Below, piece by piece: positions 8,743 to 17,663 of a DNA stretch of 64,000 bases. The position numbers were made by a program, and so were the translations under genes. Source of the stretch: Clostridia bacterium (GTDB lineage Bacteria; Bacillota; Clostridia; Saccharofermentanales; UBA5734); contig JAXGXQ010000002.1 in the NCBI GenBank assembly GCA_040772685.1, positions 170,094 to 234,093 on the forward strand. Reading direction: 5' to 3'. The notes beneath the pieces are model-generated. The model searched no databases. It saw only the letters and a list, made by a program, of their open reading frames with translations, and had not been told where the DNA came from. Numbering within the stretch: the first letter of the stretch is position 1; every line of letters begins with the position of its first letter.

Positions 8743-10117
8743 CCTGACTTATTACATAATCAGCGGCGTGTTGATAATCGGGGTATTAATTGGCATTTCG
8801 TTTATGAGTAAAGTTAAATCCTCTGTAAAGGGAAACGCGCTTTCGGCTGTCTGCACTGCAGCCGCGATAATAGTCACCCTTTACCGTTTTCAGATTGTTT
8901 CTGACGTGGGGATCGGGATCTGTATGATTATTGGCCTGGTAGTTGGCCTTGTTGCTGCCTGGCGTGTGAAAATGATCTCAATGCCCCAAACTGTAGCGAT
9001 CCTTAACGGATTTGGTGGCGGCGCGTCCGCGATTGTTGGATTTCTGGCATTAAGTGATACAAGTGATATGTTTGCCAGGACCACCTCCGTTTTGGCTGTT
9101 GCCGTTGGTTTGACAACACTTACTGGAAGTCTGGTAGCAGCAGGAAAACTGCAGCGGTTACTTTCGCAAAAACCGGTGATACTGCGCAATCACAGCCTAC
9201 TGACTAATGGCATGCTTATGTTGACATTAGGTACTATCATAGCGGCCGCGTTTTCACTTAACTCAGCGCTTCTCGTCGCGGCGGTATTATGTGCTGTGGC
9301 TGCCTCAATATTCGGGATTCTATTCTCAATTCGGGTAGGCGGCGCTGATATGCCAATTACCATCTCCCTACTTAATTCTCTTTCTGGAGTAGCTGGCTCT
9401 ATCGCGGGAATGGCTATTTCCGACCCATTACTGGTCGCTATTGGTGGCGTCGTTGGTTCCTCCGGCTTGCTGCTCACGCAAATAATGTGCCGGGCGATGA
9501 ACCGCTCATTGGCAGACATTCTCTTTGGAAGAACCTCAACTGTATCAATGCCACAGGGAGATGCTCTTGTTAAGCCCATGGTTAATACCACAGAACAGAA
9601 GCCAGAGAAAGCCGCGGTACCAGCTGACGAAATATTGAAAGCGGCCAAACGGGTTATTCTGGTACCCGGTTATGGCATGGCTCTGGCGCAAGCACAGAGC
9701 CTCGTCAAACAGCTTGCTGATAAACTCGAAACAGAAGGCAAAGAGGTAATGTTTGCCATTCACCCGGTAGCAGGCCGCATGCCTGGTCATATGAATGTCC
9801 TTTTAGCCGAGGTTGGCGTAGATTATGACCGATTGCTGGAAATGGACGAGGTAAACTCGCTCTTTGCAGGCTGCGACGCGGCAGTTGTTGTAGGCGCCAA
9901 CGATGTTCTTAACCCGGCGGCAAATTCAGCCGCAGGAACGCCTATTTATGGCATGCCCATACTGAAGGTTGAAGACTCTGCCCATATAATCGTATGCAAT
10001 TTCGACTTACAGCCTGGTTATGCAGGTGTGCCCAACCCGATTTACGAACGTGATAATACAACTCTGCTTCTGGGCGACGCAAAGGAAACTCTTAAAGCCT
10101 TGCTTGCAAAGCTGTGA
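8735..10117 (+). CDS. pntB: NAD(P) transhydrogenase subunit beta
   Basis: Polytopic N-terminus plus C-terminal NADP(H) domain (GYGMALAQAQ, HPVAGRMPGHMNVLLAE, GANDV.NP). Start set at ATG 8735 (AAGGAG 10 nt upstream, 8-nt overlap with pntAB). Confidence 0.9.
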   Translation: MNDLTYYIISGVLIIGVLIGISFMSKVKSSVKGNALSAVCTAAAIIVTLYRFQIVSDVGIGICMIIGLVVGLVAAWRVKMISMPQTVAILNGFGGGASAIVGFLALSDTSDMFARTTSVLAVAVGLTTLTGSLVAAGKLQRLLSQKPVILRNHSLLTNGMLMLTLGTIIAAAFSLNSALLVAAVLCAVAASIFGILFSIRVGGADMPITISLLNSLSGVAGSIAGMAISDPLLVAIGGVVGSSGLLLTQIMCRAMNRSLADILFGRTSTVSMPQGDALVKPMVNTTEQKPEKAAVPADEILKAAKRVILVPGYGMALAQAQSLVKQLADKLETEGKEVMFAIHPVAGRMPGHMNVLLAEVGVDYDRLLEMDEVNSLFAGCDAAVVVGANDVLNPAANSAAGTPIYGMPILKVEDSAHIIVCNFDLQPGYAGVPNPIYERDNTTLLLGDAKETLKALLAKL

Positions 10118-10164
10118 GCCAGTATTGAGGCACGAGTAAAAACGGATACTGATTGATAACGCAT

Positions 10165-10201
10165 AGCCGCTGAAGCCTTACTCGCTTTAGCGGCTTTTTT
10201 C
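10165..10201 (+). terminator. Rho-independent terminator after pntB
   Basis: AGCCGCT...AGCGGCT stem followed by TTTTTT. Confidence 0.7.
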
Positions 10202-10287
10202 ATGACAAAAGGACATAGCATCTTTTCTTAGGACAGATTGCACAAGAACATGAGAAAATGATCGGCGTTTTGCGCTTTGCTTTTGTC

Positions 10288-10316
10288 TTGACACGCATAC
10301 TATGGTGAGTTAATCT
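10288..10316 (+). promoter_or_regulatory. Candidate sigmaA promoter of the LacI-family gene
   Basis: TTGACA (10288-10293), 17-nt spacer, TAATCT (10311-10316). Confidence 0.45.
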
Positions 10317-10324
10317 GATTCATA

Positions 10325-10338
10325 GAAACACGTGTAAC
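10325..10338. promoter_or_regulatory. Candidate LacI-family operator O1 (GAAACACGTGTAAC)
   Basis: Core ACACGTGTAAC is repeated exactly at 11385-11395. ACACGTGT is palindromic. The site lies just downstream of the -10. Confidence 0.5.
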
Positions 10339-10368
10339 TGTAATAATAATAGAGGTTATAAGCGATTT

Positions 10369-11367
10369 ATGAAAAAGCTGGCTACACGAGATGATGTTGC
10401 AAAAGAAGCAGGGGTTTCTTCTGCTGTTGTCTCCTATGTATTGAATAATACTAAATTTGTCAGCGATGAAAAGCGCAAGGCAGTTCTTACCGCTGTAAAA
10501 AAACTAAACTATTTTCCTAATCAATTAGCCCGTGGCTTGAAAACAATGAAATCCAATCAGATAGCCTTTGTAGCCGATAACTTCCGTAACGATTGGCTGT
10601 CTGAACTGGAGAATATCCTTTCAGAAAAAGGATATTACGTTTCGATGTGTTATACCCGGGAGGATGACGGTTTTATTGATATGCTGCTGAAGCGTCAATA
10701 TGAAGGCGTCTTTATGATGACAAACTTGCTTTCAACGCAGCAGCTCAATACGATTGCTGAAATTGGAGTACCAATCATTCTCTACCGGACTCGTAATTAC
10801 GGTGATCTCAACTCGCGAATCGTGACGGTGGCCCCTGATTATGCTGATGGTGTGCGAATGTCAGTTGATTATTTAGCGCTAAAGGGGCATAAACGCATTG
10901 GACTTATTCCACCAATACGTTACAAAACAAAAGGCATCACAGGTGATGACTTTCGTGTAAAGGCATATGTTGAGACCATGGAAAAGCACGGACTTCCCTT
11001 GGAAGAATCATTGGTTTGTACCAATACACAAACTTTGGATACCATACTCGAAAGCGTCTTTAATATGATCACCAGCCAAGGCGCTTCAATGCGGCCTTCA
11101 GCATTTGTAGTAGGAAACGATTTTCTGGCTGCTCAAATAATGCAACACATTAAACATATGGGATTATCCGTTCCGGATGATATCGCGCTCACTGGCACAG
11201 ACAATACAGATATCGCGAAGATCACATCTCCTCAGCTGACAACTATTGATTTCTCCAAAACAGAGTTCGCTCAAAAAGTAGCAGACAAAATGCTTAAGCT
11301 GATAAATGGCGAAACTCCCGCGGGAGAATATCTAAAAGTTAGTCTAGTTATTCGAGACAGTGCGTAA
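10369..11367 (+). CDS. LacI-family transcriptional regulator
   Basis: N-terminal HTH ATRDDVAKEAGVSSAVVSYVLNN plus a periplasmic-binding-protein-like effector domain, 332 aa. Confidence 0.9.
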   Translation: MKKLATRDDVAKEAGVSSAVVSYVLNNTKFVSDEKRKAVLTAVKKLNYFPNQLARGLKTMKSNQIAFVADNFRNDWLSELENILSEKGYYVSMCYTREDDGFIDMLLKRQYEGVFMMTNLLSTQQLNTIAEIGVPIILYRTRNYGDLNSRIVTVAPDYADGVRMSVDYLALKGHKRIGLIPPIRYKTKGITGDDFRVKAYVETMEKHGLPLEESLVCTNTQTLDTILESVFNMITSQGASMRPSAFVVGNDFLAAQIMQHIKHMGLSVPDDIALTGTDNTDIAKITSPQLTTIDFSKTEFAQKVADKMLKLINGETPAGEYLKVSLVIRDSA

Positions 11368-11381
11368 TTTTTTACACTAAA

Positions 11382-11395
11382 TCTACACGTGTAAC
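11382..11395. promoter_or_regulatory. Candidate LacI-family operator O2 (TCTACACGTGTAAC)
   Basis: Same ACACGTGTAAC core as O1, 66 nt upstream of the first structural gene, overlapping a TTTACA -35-like hexamer (11371-11376). Confidence 0.5.
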
Positions 11396-11460
11396 TAAAT
11401 GGCAATAATAAGGCATGAAATCCATTGGCTACGAAAGGTTTGATAACTAAAAGGAGTGAC

Positions 11461-12747
11461 ATGAACATGATCGATTACCCCCAAGGCTTACTCTTTTCTA
11501 ACGAAATGCAGCAGGAGATTAAATCCAGATTCCTGAACGTCGATTCAGATCCTGAGACCGGCGAACGTGTCTTCTTTGAAAACGCGGGTGGTTCGCTTCG
11601 CCTTAAAGCTGTAAATGACGCGGTCGCTGAAGCTGATGGCTACCCTGATTGCGATTCCCGCAAGCATAAGCGTGCTAAGAACCTCCGCAAGCAGACTTTG
11701 CAGGGATTTGCCGATGCAAGGATTATATTCAACGCGCCTAAATATGGCCAGATAATTACTGAGACCTCATCTTCAAAAGTAATGTTTACAATGGTGCGCA
11801 CAATTGTTGAAAATGTGAAGGGCACCAACTGTGTAGTTTCTGATTTAGACCACCCTTCAGCTTATGACTCAGTTCGTTACTATGCTCGCAAACATGATCT
11901 TGATTTCCGTGTAGCGGCTCCAAACCTGCAAACAGGTGGAGTGGATCCTGAAAAATTTGCGGAACTTGTCGACGAAGGAACTGTTCTCGTAAGTATTATC
12001 GCCGCCTCCAACCACACTGGTGCCGTTCTTGATTTGGAAAAAACTGTTGAGCTATGCAAAGCTAAGAACCCCAATGTCTATATTGTGGTAGACGCGGTAC
12101 AGCATATTCCACATGGTTTAGTCGATGTCCAAAAGATTCCGATTGATGCCATTAACTTCGCGGCTTACAAAACATTCGGCTGCCGCGGCTTTGGTATCGG
12201 TTATATTTCTGATCGCGTTGCGATCATGGACCATCCCAACATTGGCGGTAACCTCGGTGATCCGTGGGAGATCGGCGGACCTGCCCCTGCGCTGTTCGCC
12301 AGTCTCACCGCGATCGTTGACTATGTCTGCTGGATTGGCAGCAAATTTTGCGAGGAGACTGATCGACGCAAATTGTATGAGTGTGGTGTTCATCATATTG
12401 AGATGCATGAGCGGGCACTTATGTATCACACACTGGAAGGCACACCGGAAATTCCGGGACTGCGTCATTTGCCAAATGTTAAAGCGCATTTTGACCGTGA
12501 GACATTCGAAAACCGGGATTTCATAATGGCTGTGACATTTGACAATATAAACTACACAGACGCCGTGGCTGAATACCAGAAGCATCGGGTTATCGTCTAC
12601 GATCGTAACGACGGCAACTATTATTCAGTCAGATCACTTCATCCGTTTGGACTTGATGGGATTATTAGAGTTTCACCCTTGCACTGTCATTCAACTGAAG
12701 ACGTAGATAAATTTTTGCTTGCCACAGCCTCTATTGCCAAAATTTGA
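11461..12747 (+). CDS. Aminotransferase class V-fold PLP-dependent enzyme (cysteine desulfurase / SufS-like fold, function unknown)
   Basis: Block SIIAASNHTGAVLDL...VDAVQHIPH is typical of class V. Start set at ATG 11461 (AAAGGAG RBS) rather than the TTG at 11425. Confidence 0.7.
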   Translation: MNMIDYPQGLLFSNEMQQEIKSRFLNVDSDPETGERVFFENAGGSLRLKAVNDAVAEADGYPDCDSRKHKRAKNLRKQTLQGFADARIIFNAPKYGQIITETSSSKVMFTMVRTIVENVKGTNCVVSDLDHPSAYDSVRYYARKHDLDFRVAAPNLQTGGVDPEKFAELVDEGTVLVSIIAASNHTGAVLDLEKTVELCKAKNPNVYIVVDAVQHIPHGLVDVQKIPIDAINFAAYKTFGCRGFGIGYISDRVAIMDHPNIGGNLGDPWEIGGPAPALFASLTAIVDYVCWIGSKFCEETDRRKLYECGVHHIEMHERALMYHTLEGTPEIPGLRHLPNVKAHFDRETFENRDFIMAVTFDNINYTDAVAEYQKHRVIVYDRNDGNYYSVRSLHPFGLDGIIRVSPLHCHSTEDVDKFLLATASIAKI

Positions 12748-12869
12748 TTCAGCTACAATTATTCGTACCCAAAACGGATCAGTATGACAGGAGGAAAATT
12801 TTACAGCACTGAACCGGAAACAACAAGATCACCGCGCTGAAAATTAATAATCAATCGGGAGGATTGGAA

Positions 12870-14108
12870 ATGAAAAAAATAATTTCACTTGCGCTCGTTT
12901 TAACCTTTATGCTGATTCTAGTTGCCGGATGTGGCACTACAGCAACAACCACCGTCTCTACTACTGTTGGCACAACTACGGCATCTGCTGGTGGCACTAC
13001 TACAGCTGGTACAACATCTGCAGCGACTACATCCTCGCCTTCTGCCAGTGAATTCATTCTTGGCGTGGTAAGTCCTCTTACCGGTTCAGGAGCGACCAGT
13101 GGCGCTGTTCAGGCTAACGCCGTAAAACTTGCAGTTAACGAAATTAACGCTGCCGGCGGCATCAATGGAACAATTCCGATCAAACTGATTTCGGAAGATG
13201 ATGAAGGTGTGCCAGCCAAGTCGGTCACTGTCACCCAGAAACTTGTCAATCAGGACAAAATCCACGCTATGATTGGTGCGCTTAACAGCTCATGTACTCT
13301 GGCAAACATGGAAGTCACAAAGGCCGCCAAAATTCCCCAAATCACGCCGTCATCCTCTAATGCTACGATTACTGAACAGGGTAATCAGTTCATTTTTCGG
13401 ATGACCGCTACTGATACGACCCACGCCAGAACTCTTCTGAAATATGCCAGTGAATCAATGAAAGCCAAGAAGGTCGCGATGATTTATGAGACAAGCGACT
13501 TCGGCACAGGAGCGTTCAATATTGTAAATGGCCTCGTTAATGAATATGGCCTCGAGATGGTAACAAGCGAAGTCTACAATTCAGGTGAAACGGATTTCAG
13601 CGTTCAGCTAACCAAATTAAAGAATGCCGCTCCTGATGTCATTATCCTCTGGGGTTATTACACCGAAGCCGCTCAGATCCGCAAGCAGGTTAAGCAGTAC
13701 GCGATTGATATCCCAATGATCGGTACCGGATACAATTCACCGGCTCTCATTGAGCTAGGCGGCGAAGCGGTTGATGGACTGATTTTCACTACCGCATTTA
13801 CCAATGCGAATCCCGATCCAAAAGTCCAAGCTTTTGATAAAAAGTACATGGAACAGATGAAATCCAGCTACGACCAAAATGCTCCTCAATCCTACGATAC
13901 AGTCTATATTATCGCCGATGCGGTCACTCGCGCTATCAAAGACGGTAAAGACTGGAGCAACGGAGAAGTGCTACGCGGTTATATTGCGTCTACCAAAGAC
14001 TACAATGGAGCCACAGGTATCACAAACTTCGATGAAAAAGGTGAAATGCTTAAAGACCTCATGGTTGTCAAGATTGTCGATGGCAAACACTCCATCGTGA
14101 ACTGGTAA
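12870..14108 (+). CDS. HAAT-family (Peripla_BP_6 / LivK-like) ABC substrate-binding lipoprotein
   Basis: Signal peptide plus lipobox LVAGC, Thr/Ala-rich linker, then a LivK-like fold (GVVSPLTGSGA..., NEINAAGGING). GGGAGG RBS before ATG 12870. Confidence 0.88.
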   Translation: MKKIISLALVLTFMLILVAGCGTTATTTVSTTVGTTTASAGGTTTAGTTSAATTSSPSASEFILGVVSPLTGSGATSGAVQANAVKLAVNEINAAGGINGTIPIKLISEDDEGVPAKSVTVTQKLVNQDKIHAMIGALNSSCTLANMEVTKAAKIPQITPSSSNATITEQGNQFIFRMTATDTTHARTLLKYASESMKAKKVAMIYETSDFGTGAFNIVNGLVNEYGLEMVTSEVYNSGETDFSVQLTKLKNAAPDVIILWGYYTEAAQIRKQVKQYAIDIPMIGTGYNSPALIELGGEAVDGLIFTTAFTNANPDPKVQAFDKKYMEQMKSSYDQNAPQSYDTVYIIADAVTRAIKDGKDWSNGEVLRGYIASTKDYNGATGITNFDEKGEMLKDLMVVKIVDGKHSIVNW

Positions 14109-14137
14109 TTGAGATTTTCTGATTTAACTGACAGGTC

Positions 14138-14169
14138 CGGGTGCTAGTCCCCCTTTAGGCTAGCACCCG
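14138..14169 (+). promoter_or_regulatory. Perfect 10-bp intercistronic stem-loop CGGGTGCTAG-N12-CTAGCACCCG, no T-tract
   Basis: Read directly. Same SBP-to-permease junction position as the hairpin at 101-131. Confidence 0.6.
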
Positions 14170-14198
14170 AGCCGGCATCGAGAAGAGAGGAAGAAGAC

Positions 14199-15065
14199 AT
14201 GCTCATACAACAAATCCTCAATGGACTTACCATGGGCAGTATTTATGCATTGCTGGCGATCGGCGTTACAATGATATATAAGGCCTTGGGCATGCTCAAC
14301 TTCGCACATGGCGATACTATGATGGTTGGCGCGTTCATCTGCCTGACATTGTACAAAGCCGGGATCCCCTTAGTAGGAGCGATTTTGATTACTGTCCCAT
14401 TGACTGCCGGAATCGGGTTTTTTCTGGAAAGATTCTTATATCGCCGTTTAGAGTTTAGTTCATTTACTAACCTCCTGATCGCCACTGTGGGAGTATCGTT
14501 TGTAATGCGGAACAGCAGTATTGTAATTTGGGGTACTAATCCGCAACTGTTTCCACAAATCTTTAGTACTGAACCGATAAAAGTTGGTAACTTTTTGATT
14601 CTGCCGCAAAGCATCGGCATTATACTTATATCTGCGTTGTTCGCCATTGGATTACAGATATTTTTCTATAAAACTAAGAACGGCAAATGCATGCGCGCTG
14701 CGTCTACTGACGCTGAAGGGGCAGCCATGATGGGGATAAATGTTGCCAAAGCCAGATTTTTGACCTTTGGCATTAGTGCCGGCTTTGCTGCAATTGCTGG
14801 TATCCTGCTGGCACCGATGTCTTATGCTCGTATTGACATGAGTGTCCTGGTTGGTCTCAAGTCTTTCGCGGCGGCAGTTCTTGGTGGTTTCGGTAACCTT
14901 TTGGGTGCGATGGTTGGCGGAATTATCCTTGGATTGGTCGAATCACTGGGCGCCACCTACATATCTACCGCTTACAAAGACATCCTGTCTTTCCTAGTTC
15001 TCTTCTTGGTACTTTATTTCAAACCAGCCGGTCTCTTTGCCAAGAAAATTGAGCAAAAGTTATAA
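14199..15065 (+). CDS. LivH-like HAAT ABC permease (set 2)
   Basis: 288-aa membrane ORF, paralog of 180-1031. Confidence 0.9.
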   Translation: MLIQQILNGLTMGSIYALLAIGVTMIYKALGMLNFAHGDTMMVGAFICLTLYKAGIPLVGAILITVPLTAGIGFFLERFLYRRLEFSSFTNLLIATVGVSFVMRNSSIVIWGTNPQLFPQIFSTEPIKVGNFLILPQSIGIILISALFAIGLQIFFYKTKNGKCMRAASTDAEGAAMMGINVAKARFLTFGISAGFAAIAGILLAPMSYARIDMSVLVGLKSFAAAVLGGFGNLLGAMVGGIILGLVESLGATYISTAYKDILSFLVLFLVLYFKPAGLFAKKIEQKL

Positions 15066-15077
15066 GGAGGGGTTGGT

Positions 15078-16058
15078 GTGAATAAAAAAGTTGTTTCTGC
15101 TATCAAGTACATTATATTCGCGGTTTTTCTGCTAATCTTGCCCAGAGTCTTGCCAAACCAGTACATTGTTCAAATCGTAAACATGATTCTCATATACGTG
15201 ATTCTTGCCACCGGGGTTAATATCCTGACTGGATACACAGGGCAGCTTTCTTTGGGGCAAGCAGCGTTTTTCGGCATTGGCGCTTATACAGCCGCGATAC
15301 TGAATAAGAATTTTGGACTGCAGTTTATCTCACTGATTCTGATTTCAGCCTTCGTAACCGCGATTTTTGGTGTGATCCTCTCAGTGCCAGCACTAAAGGT
15401 CAAAGGCAGCTACCTCGCCCTGATAACAATCGGGTTTGGAGAAATAGTGCGGATTCTAATGGTCAATTGGGTGCAGCTTACTAGAGGCCCCGCGGGCATA
15501 GTCGGTATCGAGGCGCCCAGAATCTTCGGTATCACCTTTGATGACCTGAATAAATACTACTATCTTATTTTGTTTTTTGTGATTATCGGTTTGCTATATC
15601 AAAAAATCCTTATTGAATCCAGAATTGGCCGGGCTTTCATCGCTATCCGGGAGGATGACACCGTTGCTGAACTAACTGGTATTAATATCACTGAGTTCAA
15701 GGTAAAGGCTTTTGTAATAGGCGCTGTTTATAGTTCTGTCGCTGGTGTTTTGTACGCAATGATGATCAGGTATGTAAGCCCAGACAGCTTCACTGGCAAT
15801 GATTCCAGCATAATTCTCTGGACAGTGATAATTGGCGGCATTGGAACACTTGCCGGACCTGTAGTCGGTGCGATAGTTATGACAATTCTGCCTGAAGCAC
15901 TCCGTGGGATCGGCAATATGCGCATGGTAATTTTTGGGATTGTGCTGTTGATCGTGATAATTAAATATCCTTCAGGACTGACTCCTTATTTTATCAAGTT
16001 TAAAGACTATATCTGGTCAACTATTACAAATAAAAAAACGCTTCCGGCGAGAAAGTGA
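15078..16058 (+). CDS. LivM-like HAAT ABC permease (set 2)
   Basis: GTG start after AAGGAGGGG; blocks GYTGQLSLGQAAFFGIGAY and LKGSYLALITIGFGEI. Confidence 0.9.
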   Translation: MNKKVVSAIKYIIFAVFLLILPRVLPNQYIVQIVNMILIYVILATGVNILTGYTGQLSLGQAAFFGIGAYTAAILNKNFGLQFISLILISAFVTAIFGVILSVPALKVKGSYLALITIGFGEIVRILMVNWVQLTRGPAGIVGIEAPRIFGITFDDLNKYYYLILFFVIIGLLYQKILIESRIGRAFIAIREDDTVAELTGINITEFKVKAFVIGAVYSSVAGVLYAMMIRYVSPDSFTGNDSSIILWTVIIGGIGTLAGPVVGAIVMTILPEALRGIGNMRMVIFGIVLLIVIIKYPSGLTPYFIKFKDYIWSTITNKKTLPARK

Positions 16059-16067
16059 GGTAAGAAC

Positions 16068-16841
16068 GTGGCAATCCTGACATTGACGGATATTTCCAAA
16101 AAATTCGGCGGACTTGCTGCCGTATCCGACCTCAATCTTCAGGTCGAAGAAGATACCATATCTGCCCTGATTGGCCCGAACGGGGCTGGTAAAACAACCG
16201 TTTTCAATATGATTACCGGTGTATATCAAGTGACGAGCGGCAGCATCACATACGATGGCAACAACATATGCGGTCTGGCGCCACATAAAATTGTAGAGAA
16301 AGGCATAGCTCGAACTTATCAAAATATCCGATTATTCAAGAAAGCCAGCGCATTGGAAAATGTAATGACCGGTTTTCATTCAAGAACCAAGGCTGGTTTG
16401 TTTAACATTATCTATAATCGGAAAGCAATGCTGGCAGAGGATGCCAAGGTTAAGCGGGATAGTCTTGACATTCTTGATTATCTGGGTATTGCTGACATGC
16501 GTGACTACCAGGCACGTAACCTGCCATACGGCCATCAGAGATTACTTGAAATAGGCAGAGCGCTGGCTACCCAACCGAAGCTTCTGCTGCTAGACGAGCC
16601 GGCAGCCGGTATGAATGAAAAAGAAAAGATCTCTTTAATCGATACAATCCGAAGAATTCGTGGCGACTTCAAGCTTACAGTATTACTTGTTGAACATGAC
16701 ATGCAGCTCGTAATGAACATATCCGACAAGATCACCGTGCTGGATTTTGGCAAGTGGATCGCGGAAGGTACTCCAGAGTCGATTCAGAGAAACGATAAAG
16801 TAATTGATGCTTATCTTGGAAGGGGTGAAAAGCAAGGATGA
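16068..16841 (+). CDS. LivG-like ABC ATPase (set 2)
   Basis: Walker A GPNGAGKTT, Walker B LLLLDEPAAG, tail VIDAYLG; GTG start. Confidence 0.9.
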   Translation: MAILTLTDISKKFGGLAAVSDLNLQVEEDTISALIGPNGAGKTTVFNMITGVYQVTSGSITYDGNNICGLAPHKIVEKGIARTYQNIRLFKKASALENVMTGFHSRTKAGLFNIIYNRKAMLAEDAKVKRDSLDILDYLGIADMRDYQARNLPYGHQRLLEIGRALATQPKLLLLDEPAAGMNEKEKISLIDTIRRIRGDFKLTVLLVEHDMQLVMNISDKITVLDFGKWIAEGTPESIQRNDKVIDAYLGRGEKQG

Positions 16842-17569
16842 ATGAACGCAATGCAATATTGAAAATTGAAAACCTTGTTTCCTCTTACGGATTAATTAAA
16901 GCATTAAAAGGAATCTCAATGGAGGTTAGACAAGGCGAGCTGGTTTCATTGCTTGGATCAAACGGCGCCGGGAAATCGACTTTGCTTAAATCAATTATTG
17001 GGATGGTCCATATTGATTCGGGAAGCATAAAATACGAAGGTCAGGAACTAGTGGGCAAAAAAAGCCATCAAATTATTCCTTGCGGAATTTCATTGGTTCC
17101 TGAAGGACGCAAGATATTTGCTGATCAGACAGTTACCGAGAATTTGGAAATTGGTACTTTTTTCACAAAAAATAATAGAAAACGTAACAGTGAGATCTTA
17201 TGCAATGTTTTCGAGGTGTTCCCACGACTCTACGAACGCAGAAACCAAATGGGAGGAACCCTTTCCGGCGGCGAACAACAAATGTTAGCGATTGGCAGGT
17301 CAATGATGTCAGATCCCAAATTGCTCTTGCTTGACGAACCGTCTATGGGACTTGCTCCAATAATTGTCGAGCAGGTGTTCCAGGTTTTGCAACGTGTTAA
17401 ACAAACTAATGTTTCAATTCTGCTAGTTGAGCAAAACGCACGTATGGCGCTAAAGATTAGCGACCGGGCATACGTCCTTAATACAGGCGTTATAACAGCG
17501 GAAGACACAGGAGCCAATATGGCTGATAGCAGCGTTCTTCAGGAAGCTTATCTCGGCAAGAAACAATAA
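16838..17569 (+). CDS. LivF-like ABC ATPase (set 2)
   Basis: Walker A GSNGAGKST, signature SGGEQQM, Walker B LLLLDEPS; ATGA overlap with the previous gene. Confidence 0.9.
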   Translation: MNERNAILKIENLVSSYGLIKALKGISMEVRQGELVSLLGSNGAGKSTLLKSIIGMVHIDSGSIKYEGQELVGKKSHQIIPCGISLVPEGRKIFADQTVTENLEIGTFFTKNNRKRNSEILCNVFEVFPRLYERRNQMGGTLSGGEQQMLAIGRSMMSDPKLLLLDEPSMGLAPIIVEQVFQVLQRVKQTNVSILLVEQNARMALKISDRAYVLNTGVITAEDTGANMADSSVLQEAYLGKKQ

Positions 17570-17663
17570 AAATAATTCTATTCAAACAATTAACGATGAA
17601 GTAAGACTGACCGATGAGTCAGGTTTTTCTTTAGAACAGTCTTAGAACAAAAAGGAGAACGAG

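Noticed and set aside
12933-13049. Apparent ACN/GCN tandem-repeat DNA (also at 27425-27547) as a possible VNTR or CRISPR-like element
   Set aside because: It is in frame within lipoprotein genes and encodes Thr/Ala linkers. There is no spacer/repeat periodicity. No CRISPR array was seen anywhere in the window.
17612-17640. Weak hairpin CTGAC-N6-GTCAG plus TTTTTC between livF-like set 2 and the AroE-like gene
   Set aside because: The stem is only 5 bp. It could at most be a leaky attenuator and is not strong enough to call a terminator.
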